NCBI GenBank assembly: GCA_050258935.1
Contig: JBLMZS010000048.1
Coordinates: forward strand, 1,278-65,277
Length of the DNA: 64,000 nt
Direction: 5' to 3'
Origin: Bacteroidota bacterium
Lineage (GTDB): Bacteria; Bacteroidota; Ignavibacteria; Ignavibacteriales; SURF-24
The position numbers were made by a program, and so were the translations under genes. The notes below the pieces were generated by a model, which saw only the letters and a list, made by a program, of their open reading frames with translations, was not told the DNA's origin and did no database searches. Numbering within the stretch: position 1 is the stretch's first letter; every line of letters begins with the position of its first letter. Below are positions 1-8,696 of this stretch, in pieces.

Positions 1-2399
1 AATCTGTAAGGGTACAGGACGTAGTTATATCTGCCGAGAGGCCTATTGTACAGAGAGACCTGACATCAACAGAAGCAAAAGTCTCCGGTGATCAGATATC
101 CATGCTTCCGCTTGAGGATGTACAGTCGGTGATTAATCTGCAGGCAGGAGTAGTAGACGGCCACGTTAGGGGCGGACGCAGCAGCGAGGTAAAGTACCTG
201 ATAGATGGTGTATCGGTAAATGATGCATTTTCGGGCAGTTCATCACTCATGGCTGAAGTCAACAGTATTCAGGAGATACAGGTTATAACCGGCACCTTCA
301 ACGCTGAATATGGTGAAGCTCTTTCCGGAGTTGTAAATCAGGTTACTAAAGTTGCCGGCGATAATTATTCAGGCGATGTGTCTTTCTACACGGGAGATTA
401 TATAACCTCCAGGAAATCTCTTTATCAGAACATTGACCACATTTCGCCGGGTGATGTTTATAATTTCCAGGGAAGCCTGAGCGGACCGGTACCCGGAGCA
501 GGGCAGATACTAAAGTTCTTTATAGCCGGCAAATATCTTTATGATGACGGTTACCTGTACGGAAAGCGAATGTTCAACCCGTATGATTCATCCAATTTTT
601 CTGATAATAAACCGGAGAACTGGTATGTCGGTGCTACCGGCGATAATAAATATGTTCCGATGAATTACTCAAAGCGGTTTTCTATGCAGGGTAAGATCAG
701 TATAAACATAGGAAATGCAAAGGGAATCATACTGCATGGCCTGTATCAGAACAGGGAGTACAAAGACTATACGCATGCCTACAGGCTGAATCCAGACGGC
801 GATTATACGAAGTTCCAGAAAAGTTTTATGGGTAGTGTAAGTTATAATCACGTTTTCGGATCATCGACTTTCGTTGACATACTGGCATCCTACCTCGGTA
901 CTGATTTTCAGCAGTATGTTTACGAGGATCCGTATGCGTATGATCTTATCACCAATGCTGACGGCACTTCCTACAGAAGGTATAAATATGTAAACCCTGA
1001 ACGCAAGCGGGATGTAAGCGGTAATGCATTTCTGACCGGCGGAACTGAGAACTGGCAGGTCTCGCATATGACCGAAACTATAAGCGCAAAAGTGGATATC
1101 ACTTCACAGATAGATAAGATCAACGAAGCCAAACTCGGAGTTGAAGTAAACAGGCACGAACTTCACTATAAGGATTTCCAGATCCATGTTGATGCGTCGA
1201 GCGGCTTCAGGCCCGCAATCTCCGACCCGGGAAGCTTTGACTATAATGTGTACAAAAACAATCCATATCAGATTTCGGCCTATATACAGGATAAGATCGA
1301 GCTGGAATATCTTATTGTTAATGCCGGTGTCAGGTTTGACTATTTTGAGCCGGACGGACTGGTGCTTCGCAACCCGGACAATATATCTGTACTGGACTCG
1401 CTTAGGCCTCCGTATCCGGGGCAGTATTTCTACAAAGCAAAAGCTAAATACCAGCTGAGTCCGAGGCTTGGTATATCATACCCGATGAGCGATAAGGGTG
1501 CAGTACATATCTCATACGGACATTTCTTTCAGGTGCCTCCGTTTGAATTCCTGTACAGAAATCCGAATTTCAGGATAGCTCTGAGCGGAACATTTCCCGA
1601 TTTCGTAGGAAATGTTATAGGCAATGCCGATCTCGAGCCTCAGCGTACTACTATATATGAAGCCGGACTTCAGCAGCAGATAGGAGAAGAACTGGGTATA
1701 AGCCTGACCGCATACTACAAGGATATCAGAAATCTTCTGGGCACGGAGATACATATTAAAAATGATGTGCGGAAGTTTGCTAAGTTCATTAACCGCGATT
1801 ACGGTGCGGTAAGCGGATTCATAGTCGCTATAGATAAACGGTTTAGCGATTTCTTCGGATTCAACATTGACTATACATATCAGATTGCCAAAGGAAATGC
1901 TTCCGATCCTAACGATTCATTCAATAAGGCTCAGGCAAATCCTCCCATCGAAGCCAACAAGCAGCTGGTATACCTGAACTGGGACCGCAGGCATTCTCTC
2001 AATTTTACACTGACGGCAGGTGAGCCCGATAACCTGATTGCGAGTTTCATAGGACGACTGGGCAGCGGCCTTCCATATACTCCTTCGCTGCAGAACCAGC
2101 GCACCGGGCTGGAAAACAGTGACAACAGGCCGTCTATATTTAATATAGATCTGTACGTGACAAAATACATAAGGGTCATGGGCACCAATATTTCCGCATT
2201 TCTGAAAGTATACAATCTCTTTGATACAAATAATGAACTGGAAATATTTACAGATACCGGCAGGGCAGGTTATACTCTCGATGAAACCAGAGCTCAGGCT
2301 GCACCGCGCGGTGTAAACACTTTACAGGAATATTTCTCGCGTCCTGAGTTTTATTCAGCCCCGCGCCAGATGATTATTGGTGCATCTGTGACTTTTTAA
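1..2399 (+). CDS. TonB-dependent receptor (5'-truncated by window edge)
   Basis: Frame is open upstream of the ORF-track start at 102 (SVRVQDVVISAERPIVQRD, TonB-box-like). Plug motifs HVRGGRSSEVKYLIDG and FNAEYGEALSGVVN; barrel motifs NAGVRFDYF, SPRLGISYP and GNADLEPQRT; C-terminal Phe. Confidence 0.9.
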   Translation, partial: SVRVQDVVISAERPIVQRDLTSTEAKVSGDQISMLPLEDVQSVINLQAGVVDGHVRGGRSSEVKYLIDGVSVNDAFSGSSSLMAEVNSIQEIQVITGTFNAEYGEALSGVVNQVTKVAGDNYSGDVSFYTGDYITSRKSLYQNIDHISPGDVYNFQGSLSGPVPGAGQILKFFIAGKYLYDDGYLYGKRMFNPYDSSNFSDNKPENWYVGATGDNKYVPMNYSKRFSMQGKISINIGNAKGIILHGLYQNREYKDYTHAYRLNPDGDYTKFQKSFMGSVSYNHVFGSSTFVDILASYLGTDFQQYVYEDPYAYDLITNADGTSYRRYKYVNPERKRDVSGNAFLTGGTENWQVSHMTETISAKVDITSQIDKINEAKLGVEVNRHELHYKDFQIHVDASSGFRPAISDPGSFDYNVYKNNPYQISAYIQDKIELEYLIVNAGVRFDYFEPDGLVLRNPDNISVLDSLRPPYPGQYFYKAKAKYQLSPRLGISYPMSDKGAVHISYGHFFQVPPFEFLYRNPNFRIALSGTFPDFVGNVIGNADLEPQRTTIYEAGLQQQIGEELGISLTAYYKDIRNLLGTEIHIKNDVRKFAKFINRDYGAVSGFIVAIDKRFSDFFGFNIDYTYQIAKGNASDPNDSFNKAQANPPIEANKQLVYLNWDRRHSLNFTLTAGEPDNLIASFIGRLGSGLPYTPSLQNQRTGLENSDNRPSIFNIDLYVTKYIRVMGTNISAFLKVYNLFDTNNELEIFTDTGRAGYTLDETRAQAAPRGVNTLQEYFSRPEFYSAPRQMIIGASVTF

Positions 2400-2479
2400 T
2401 TGGTTTACTGATTGTAATAATCGTCCGGAGAAATTAAACTTGAACTGATACTTTGTTCATGTCTATGGAGGTTGCAGCT

Positions 2480-5400
2480 GTGATTAGAAAAATATTTACA
2501 GTCAATAATATCAGGATAATGGCTTTGTCATTATTGTTGTTCCTGCTGATGGCAGATCTGTCTAATGCCCAACGGCTGGTTGACAAAACCAAGGGAAACC
2601 ATAATTACAGTAAAAAAGGTTTTATGGATGGCAACCTGGTTTCTACGGTATATTATAACTTCGGTGAAATTGCCGACTGGGAAAATGAACCATCGAGAAG
2701 CGGAGTCTGGCCCAAGGGAACGAACCACACGTACGTCGATGGAATTGCAATAATTGTTCAGGCAGAAGCTGCCGATCCGCAGGGCCGGATAATACACCCG
2801 CTCGAAACCAATTACTACGAGTATACCAGGATTGACCCTGCAACAAAGGTCACTTACGGATGGTGGCCATTACCAAATTATTATAACCCATATCAGTCGA
2901 GTCCTGCGCAGAGCAATGATTCACACACCTGGCCGCTGCACTGGCCGGACAGACCGTCAGACTGGGACGGCGTGTGGAACGGATTTTTCGGTAAGGGGGT
3001 ACAGAACGCTGATCTGGAATCATACTTTGTTTTTGATGATCATGAGGACCGGGAATATATACTGAAAAACAATTTCCACCCGGATCAGGACGATCCGGAC
3101 AGGGGCGGGCTGGGTATGCAGGTTCATGCAAGAGGCTTCCAGTGGTCGCAGGTGCTGGCTGAGGATGTGATTTTCTGGTACTACGAGATTACAAACATGG
3201 GGACTTATGATTACAATAAAGCACTGTTTGCACAGTACGTGGACTGGGGCATTGGCGGGCACGATAATTCATCTAATAATGCTGGTGACTATGACGAACA
3301 GCTGGATATTTCCTATGCCTACTCGACAGTATCATTCGGGAGTCCTGGCAACTGGAGTCCTGTAGGAATTTCCGGATACGCATTCCTCGAAAGTCCCGGC
3401 ATCGCCGATGACAACCGGGATAATGATGACGACGGTCTCCGCGATGAAAAACGCGACAACGTGGCAAGTGTATTTGTCCAGCAGACAGGTCAGGACAGGT
3501 ACCTAACTGATCCGGCTCAGGATACTCTGAAGTTCAAAAGATTCTACGGGTATTCATGGCGGCCGCACTGGGATGCTGACGAGAATGCAAACTGGAGAAG
3601 CTTTACGGATCTGAACAAGGACGGAGTTTATTCGAAAGGCGAACCGCTGAATGATGACGTTGGAAGCGATGGTATCGGACCGTACGACGAAGGTTATGGG
3701 TCGGAAGATGCAGACGGTACAGAAGGAAACGGCAGACCCGATCAGGGTGAGCCGAATTTCGGAATGCTGGATAAGGACGAATCCGACCAGCTCGGACTTA
3801 CCGGCTTCCTTATCTTCCCGACTCATACTCCGTATGATCTGGATAATGATGAGGAAAACTGGAAAGGACTGTCTTCACTTCCGGCACCTCACGGACAGTC
3901 TCTCGTAGGAGTAAATCTTGCCAACTTCTTCTCGTCATATTTCATACATCTTTTCGGCAGAAATACATATTCTGCCAGAACCGGTACGCTTCAGGAAACC
4001 GGTGAAACTGAGAGATTCTCGATGTCAATGCTGTTCGCTCTCGATAAGATGGACCTTTTCAGAAGAAAGAAGACAGTACAGCAGATATATAATGCCAATT
4101 ACCGGTTTGCCAAACCTCCGGAGAAACCGATAGTACGTGCAATTCCCGGCGACGGCAGGGTTACACTTTACTGGGACAACAGGGCAGAGCTTACATTTGA
4201 TGCATTTTATCAGAGATACAACTTTGAAGGATACCGGATATACAGAAGTACTGAAGCCAATTTCCTCGAGAACAAAATTATTACAGATGCATACGGAAAA
4301 ACCGTTTACAGAAAACCACTTGCACAGTTTGATGTTATTGACGGTATAAAGGGCCTGCATCCTGTCACGGTTGCCGGTGCAACATTTAATCTTGGCGATG
4401 ACACCGGACTTCAGCATTCATTTATTGATTCCACAGTTCAGAACGGCCAGACATACTATTATGCTGTAGTTGCCTATGATAAAGGATTTTCGGATACTTC
4501 AATAACCGGTGAATTTATAGGCATACCTCCGACTGAAACTACAAGCATAATCAAGCTGGATATAAACGGCAGCTATAAAACAGATATTAACACTGCAGTG
4601 GTTACACCGCGCGCTCCTGCCAGCGGATATGTAAAGGCGCAGCTTGAAGGATATGTTCAGACCGGTCCGGCTACCGGCAGTGTAAAAGTCGATATCATTG
4701 ATCCGGATTCTCTTAAACGTAATCACCAGTACCGGATTGATTTCTTCAACAATTCCAGATTCAATAATCTTCATCATCCTTCATACCGCATGATAGATAT
4801 TACAGAAAATGATACCATTGTGGCTCTGACCAGGATGAAGGGTGAGCAGGAGCAGACACTCGTGATCGATGGAATGTCTGTCACAATAAATAATGATACA
4901 CTGGTTGCCATAAACAGCGACAGTACCGGTTGGGTAAAAGGTAATAGCAACTATGTAACTAAAACCGGATTTGATACGCGATACGTAGCTACATATCAGG
5001 CAAAGCGTATCGACTATCCTGCTGATTTTGAAATCAGCTTCCTGGAGAAAGGTCAGGGAGATCTTTCATTTCCAGCATCAACTTTCCTGAAGCCTCAGCC
5101 ATCGGATATAAAAATCAAAAACCTGACAGAGGGTATTGACCACTTCCAGTTCATTTTCCGGGACAACAACAGGGATTCTCTTTTCAATGCAGGAGATGCA
5201 ATATTTGTCGTCTTCGGTGATTCTGCCGGCAAAGCAGCGAAGACTTTCCTCGATGTCCGCATAGGCTGGTCGCTGTCTCTTGAAACTGATACAACCATCG
5301 CTCCCGGATTAAGACACGCTCCGCAGCCGGGTGATGTATTCAGGATATCCACACTGAAACCCTTCAGAACCGGTGACTATGTGGAATTCACTTCCAAACC

Positions 5401-5746
5401 AGCCGGCTTTGATCAAGCCAGGGCTAAGACCGAACTCTCAAACGTAGCAGTAGTTCCCAATCCCTATGTGGGTGCAGCTTCCTGGGAGCCTGCAACATCA
5501 AGCGTTGGACGCGGCGAAAGAAGGATTTCATTTATACACCTTCCGGCAGAATGTACTATCAGAATTTATACAATGGCCGGACGGCTTGTAAAACAAATTG
5601 AACACAACAGCACACTTGATGACGGTCAGGAGTCATGGAATCTGGTGTCTGAAGATGGGATGGACATCGCATATGGTGTGTATATTTATCACGTGGATGC
5701 TCCAGGGATAGGCGAGAGAATTGACAGGTTTGCAATTATAAAATAA
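2480..5746 (+). CDS. Large exported acidic protein with FN3-like domain and variant T9SS-like C-terminal sorting domain
   Basis: Signal peptide; Asp-rich DxDxDG-like motifs; FN3-like GDGRVTLYW...FEGYRIYRS...YYYAVVAYD; C-terminus VVPNPY...IRIYT..G..VK...W...GVYIYHV...FAIIK. GTG at 2480 follows GGAGG (ORF-track start 2453). Confidence 0.7.
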   Translation: MIRKIFTVNNIRIMALSLLLFLLMADLSNAQRLVDKTKGNHNYSKKGFMDGNLVSTVYYNFGEIADWENEPSRSGVWPKGTNHTYVDGIAIIVQAEAADPQGRIIHPLETNYYEYTRIDPATKVTYGWWPLPNYYNPYQSSPAQSNDSHTWPLHWPDRPSDWDGVWNGFFGKGVQNADLESYFVFDDHEDREYILKNNFHPDQDDPDRGGLGMQVHARGFQWSQVLAEDVIFWYYEITNMGTYDYNKALFAQYVDWGIGGHDNSSNNAGDYDEQLDISYAYSTVSFGSPGNWSPVGISGYAFLESPGIADDNRDNDDDGLRDEKRDNVASVFVQQTGQDRYLTDPAQDTLKFKRFYGYSWRPHWDADENANWRSFTDLNKDGVYSKGEPLNDDVGSDGIGPYDEGYGSEDADGTEGNGRPDQGEPNFGMLDKDESDQLGLTGFLIFPTHTPYDLDNDEENWKGLSSLPAPHGQSLVGVNLANFFSSYFIHLFGRNTYSARTGTLQETGETERFSMSMLFALDKMDLFRRKKTVQQIYNANYRFAKPPEKPIVRAIPGDGRVTLYWDNRAELTFDAFYQRYNFEGYRIYRSTEANFLENKIITDAYGKTVYRKPLAQFDVIDGIKGLHPVTVAGATFNLGDDTGLQHSFIDSTVQNGQTYYYAVVAYDKGFSDTSITGEFIGIPPTETTSIIKLDINGSYKTDINTAVVTPRAPASGYVKAQLEGYVQTGPATGSVKVDIIDPDSLKRNHQYRIDFFNNSRFNNLHHPSYRMIDITENDTIVALTRMKGEQEQTLVIDGMSVTINNDTLVAINSDSTGWVKGNSNYVTKTGFDTRYVATYQAKRIDYPADFEISFLEKGQGDLSFPASTFLKPQPSDIKIKNLTEGIDHFQFIFRDNNRDSLFNAGDAIFVVFGDSAGKAAKTFLDVRIGWSLSLETDTTIAPGLRHAPQPGDVFRISTLKPFRTGDYVEFTSKPAGFDQARAKTELSNVAVVPNPYVGAASWEPATSSVGRGERRISFIHLPAECTIRIYTMAGRLVKQIEHNSTLDDGQESWNLVSEDGMDIAYGVYIYHVDAPGIGERIDRFAIIK

Positions 5747-5826
5747 CTGATGACATCAGGGCATAATGGCGTTGCACCGGTAAAACGGTTGTAATGCTTA
5801 GCCTGTTGAAAGTTTCGAGGATTTAT

Positions 5827-6855
5827 ATGAAAACAGTAATATATATATATATTGCATTTTTACTGTGTTGTTGTCAGGCACAGGCGCAGAACAGAAATGT
5901 CTCCAAAAGCGGAACGACTGCCGCGGTATTTCTCGAGATACCTGTCGGGGCAAGAGCTATCGGTATGGGCGGGGCCTATGTCAGCATAGCCGATGATGCA
6001 ACTGCGACATACTGGAATGCAGCCGGGATCGCCAGAGCAGAGGCGAATATGGTCTCTGTGGTTCATACCGAATGGCTGGCTGATACAAAATTTGACCATG
6101 CCTCTGTCGTCTTCGGTCTTGGAAGTATTGGAGTGCTGGGCTTTAGTTATACTTCTCTTTCCATGCCTGATATGATAGTCAGGACAGTAGAAAAACCGGA
6201 AGGCACGGGAGAGAGATTCTCGGCCGGGGATATTAGCGTAGGAGTTTCTTACGCAAGAGATGTTACTGACAGATTCTCAATTGGTTTTACTGCCAAATAT
6301 ATACAACAGACAATATGGCACGAGACCGCATCCGGTTTTGCAATAGATGCAGGGACAATTTTCAGGACGGACCTTCTGAACGGTCTGGTAATTGGTGCAT
6401 CGATTTCCAACTTCGGTACCTCAATGCAGCTTGACGGCAGGGATACCAGAAGCTTCGGCAGAATAGATGACACAAAGCAGGGGTCAAATGAAAGGATTCC
6501 GTTCAATATTGAACTTGAAAGCTGGGACCTGCCGCTGCTGTTTCAGATCGGATTGTCAACAAGCCTTATAAAGGATAAGAACTATAATATACTTGTTGCC
6601 GTCGATGCACTCCACCCGAATGACAATTATGAGAGCGTGAATTTGGGGACTGAAATATCATTTATGCAGGTGTTCTTCCTGCGTGCCGGATTCAATTCAT
6701 TACTCCTGAAAGACAGAGAGGGGGGCCTTACACTCGGTGTCGGTTTGGAAACGGGCAGACTGTTTAACAATACTTCTGTTGGATTTGACTATGCATACAG
6801 GGATTTCGGGCGGCTTAAAAATATTCACGTGTTTGATGTGAACATGAAATTTTAA
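5827..6855 (+). CDS. PorV/PorQ-family outer-membrane barrel (T9SS shuttle-like)
   Basis: Signal peptide, FLEIPVGARAIGMGGAY...YWNAAG motif, DAG, FLRAGF, DYAY, C-terminal Phe. Start moved to ATG 5827. Confidence 0.85.
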   Translation: MKTVIYIYIAFLLCCCQAQAQNRNVSKSGTTAAVFLEIPVGARAIGMGGAYVSIADDATATYWNAAGIARAEANMVSVVHTEWLADTKFDHASVVFGLGSIGVLGFSYTSLSMPDMIVRTVEKPEGTGERFSAGDISVGVSYARDVTDRFSIGFTAKYIQQTIWHETASGFAIDAGTIFRTDLLNGLVIGASISNFGTSMQLDGRDTRSFGRIDDTKQGSNERIPFNIELESWDLPLLFQIGLSTSLIKDKNYNILVAVDALHPNDNYESVNLGTEISFMQVFFLRAGFNSLLLKDREGGLTLGVGLETGRLFNNTSVGFDYAYRDFGRLKNIHVFDVNMKF

Positions 6856-6863
6856 TTTTAGGA

Positions 6864-6896
6864 GCATCATCATACACCTTCAGTGAATGATGATGC
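6864..6896 (+). terminator. Stem-loop directly after the PorV-family gene (terminator or mRNA stabiliser)
   Basis: 10-bp inverted repeat GCATCATCAT/ATGATGATGC; no clear U-tract. Confidence 0.4.
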
Positions 6897-6941
6897 GGAG
6901 GTAGTAATGAATTGTTTCTTTTATGAAATTTAAAGTTTGTC

Positions 6942-7057
6942 CCACGGGTTTCACCCGTGGTAATTCACAGCCAACTCCTCCAGAGTTGACGATGTAGTTT
7001 GATTCGTTGACCGCGGGTTTCACCCGCGGCTATTCACAGCCGACGCCTCCGGCGTCG
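6942..7057. repeat. Two tandem REP-like double-hairpin units
   Basis: CCACGGG-TTTCA-CCCGTGG..ATTCACAGC..CAACTC-CTCCA-GAGTTG and CCGCGGG-TTTCA-CCCGCGG..ATTCACAGC..CGACGCC-TCC-GGCGTCG. Confidence 0.75.
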
Positions 7058-7087
7058 AACACAGATAAGGTTAAACTCTATGATCCA

Positions 7088-7207
7088 TATTGCAGCTTTG
7101 CCCTGACAAGGGCAAATGGATATCAGCGCAGGGCTTCAGCCCTGCGTTAAATGGTCACCACCCAATAACGCACGCTGAAAGTGTGCGGGGATGGGTTTTG
7201 GGTAACA
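7088..7207 (+). repeat. ~120-bp three-hairpin dispersed element, copy 1
   Basis: Aligns by hand to the reverse complement of 63641-63761 with about 16 differences. Confidence 0.85.
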
Positions 7208-7230
7208 TGAACTCAGAACAAAGTATGCTA

Positions 7231-8679
7231 ATGAACAAATTATACATAACGCTGATTATATTTTTGATGCTGCCGGTTACTCTGTACTGTGCCGATACTA
7301 CCGATGTCAGGCGATACCTGGAACACCCCGGCAGTATTACGCCTTCTGCAGTTGTTGCGGAGGTGGGCCCGATCAGTATAACAGCAGAGGAATTTATTAA
7401 TAGCTATGAATTCGGGCCTGCATTCTATAAGCGCGACAAGGATTCGAGGCGGAAGTTCCTGGACTTCCTTGTATACGAAAAACTGCTCGCTCTGGAAGCC
7501 TATGACAGACATCTGGATACTGCAAGAGATGTCAGGGATCTCTTGTATGAAATTGAAGCCGATCTGGCTGGTGAGCAGCTGTATAGGAATGAGATACTCA
7601 ATACAGTGACTGTTGGTCAGGATGAGATTGACAGATCGATTGCAGATGAAATGATTGAACTGAAGTTCAGATGGTTGTATGCGGAGACTGAAGAACAGGT
7701 TAGCAACTACACAGAACAAATAAAAAACATCCGTGCCTTTGATTCGCTGTTTAACGTACAGAACCCCGATTTTACCGGCAGAAATGAAAGAATGCTGAAT
7801 CTCACTCTCCGTGAACTGAAAAAAAATCCCCGTGCAGCAGAGGTCGTCGCATACCTTTCTAAAAATGAAATATCAAAACCGCTCAAAGGCGATGACGGCT
7901 GGTATCTGTTTATTCTTGATGACAGAATGGAAACTGTTTTGTCAACACAGAGCGAAACAAACAACATGAGATACAGTATCTATAAGAGTCTTGTAAAGGC
8001 CAAGTCTGATTCTCTCTCAGACCTGTATGTCAGAAATCTCATGGATATTGAACAGCCTGTAATATCGGGAACAGCATTCAGCGAGATGAATGATGAAATG
8101 TGGAAAAGTTTTCAGGAGACGGACAATTTTACAAAAGTCCTTTCATCTTCAGGTTTATTTGAACAGAATACTAAAATCCTTGTCCGAATGAAATCTTTTG
8201 CATTGACAGTAGGGGACTTCATTCAATGGGCCCGGCTGAGAAGTACATACATACGTCCTGAACTAAAAGGAAAACAGAAATTCTATGTGTCGGTCGAGGC
8301 AATGATATGGAAGGCGGTAAGAGACAGGCTGATCATCAAAAGAGCTGCAGACTTGAAAACATTCGACGACCCCTATGTCAGAAAACAAATCCGTCTGTGG
8401 AGGGATAAAGTAGTATATCAGAAGCTAAAACTGCAGACTGCGGCTGAACTGAAGCAGGACAGCAGTTATGCCTTTGAATATACAAAAACCATATTCAGGA
8501 AAGTGATGAAGCTGAAAAATAGATACAAAGTTACGATAGACGAAAAACTTCTGGACAGTATAAAGGTTAGTGATGAGGACAATCCGCAATCTGTTGAGAT
8601 GTATGCAGTAAAAAAGGGCGGGACGTTCATACATCAGGTGTTTCCGGTAATAGACTATGAATGGCAGTTCTGGAAATGA
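7231..8679 (+). CDS. Exported SurA/PrsA-like (parvulin-like) chaperone
   Basis: Signal peptide after ATG 7231; VVAEVG..ITAEEF; KLLALEA; parvulin-like ISKPLKGDDGWYLF. The ORF-track extension from 7090 runs through a repeat. Confidence 0.7.
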   Translation: MNKLYITLIIFLMLPVTLYCADTTDVRRYLEHPGSITPSAVVAEVGPISITAEEFINSYEFGPAFYKRDKDSRRKFLDFLVYEKLLALEAYDRHLDTARDVRDLLYEIEADLAGEQLYRNEILNTVTVGQDEIDRSIADEMIELKFRWLYAETEEQVSNYTEQIKNIRAFDSLFNVQNPDFTGRNERMLNLTLRELKKNPRAAEVVAYLSKNEISKPLKGDDGWYLFILDDRMETVLSTQSETNNMRYSIYKSLVKAKSDSLSDLYVRNLMDIEQPVISGTAFSEMNDEMWKSFQETDNFTKVLSSSGLFEQNTKILVRMKSFALTVGDFIQWARLRSTYIRPELKGKQKFYVSVEAMIWKAVRDRLIIKRAADLKTFDDPYVRKQIRLWRDKVVYQKLKLQTAAELKQDSSYAFEYTKTIFRKVMKLKNRYKVTIDEKLLDSIKVSDEDNPQSVEMYAVKKGGTFIHQVFPVIDYEWQFWK

Positions 8680-8696
8680 CAGAAGCTAAAACATAT

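Noticed and set aside
6942-7207. Possible degenerate CRISPR array or known riboswitch
   Set aside because: Only two similar units followed by a different element; no riboswitch consensus recognised. REP-like repeats fit better.
7090-7230. 47-aa N-terminal extension of the chaperone ORF
   Set aside because: It is a translation of the dispersed repeat; the signal peptide starts at ATG 7231.
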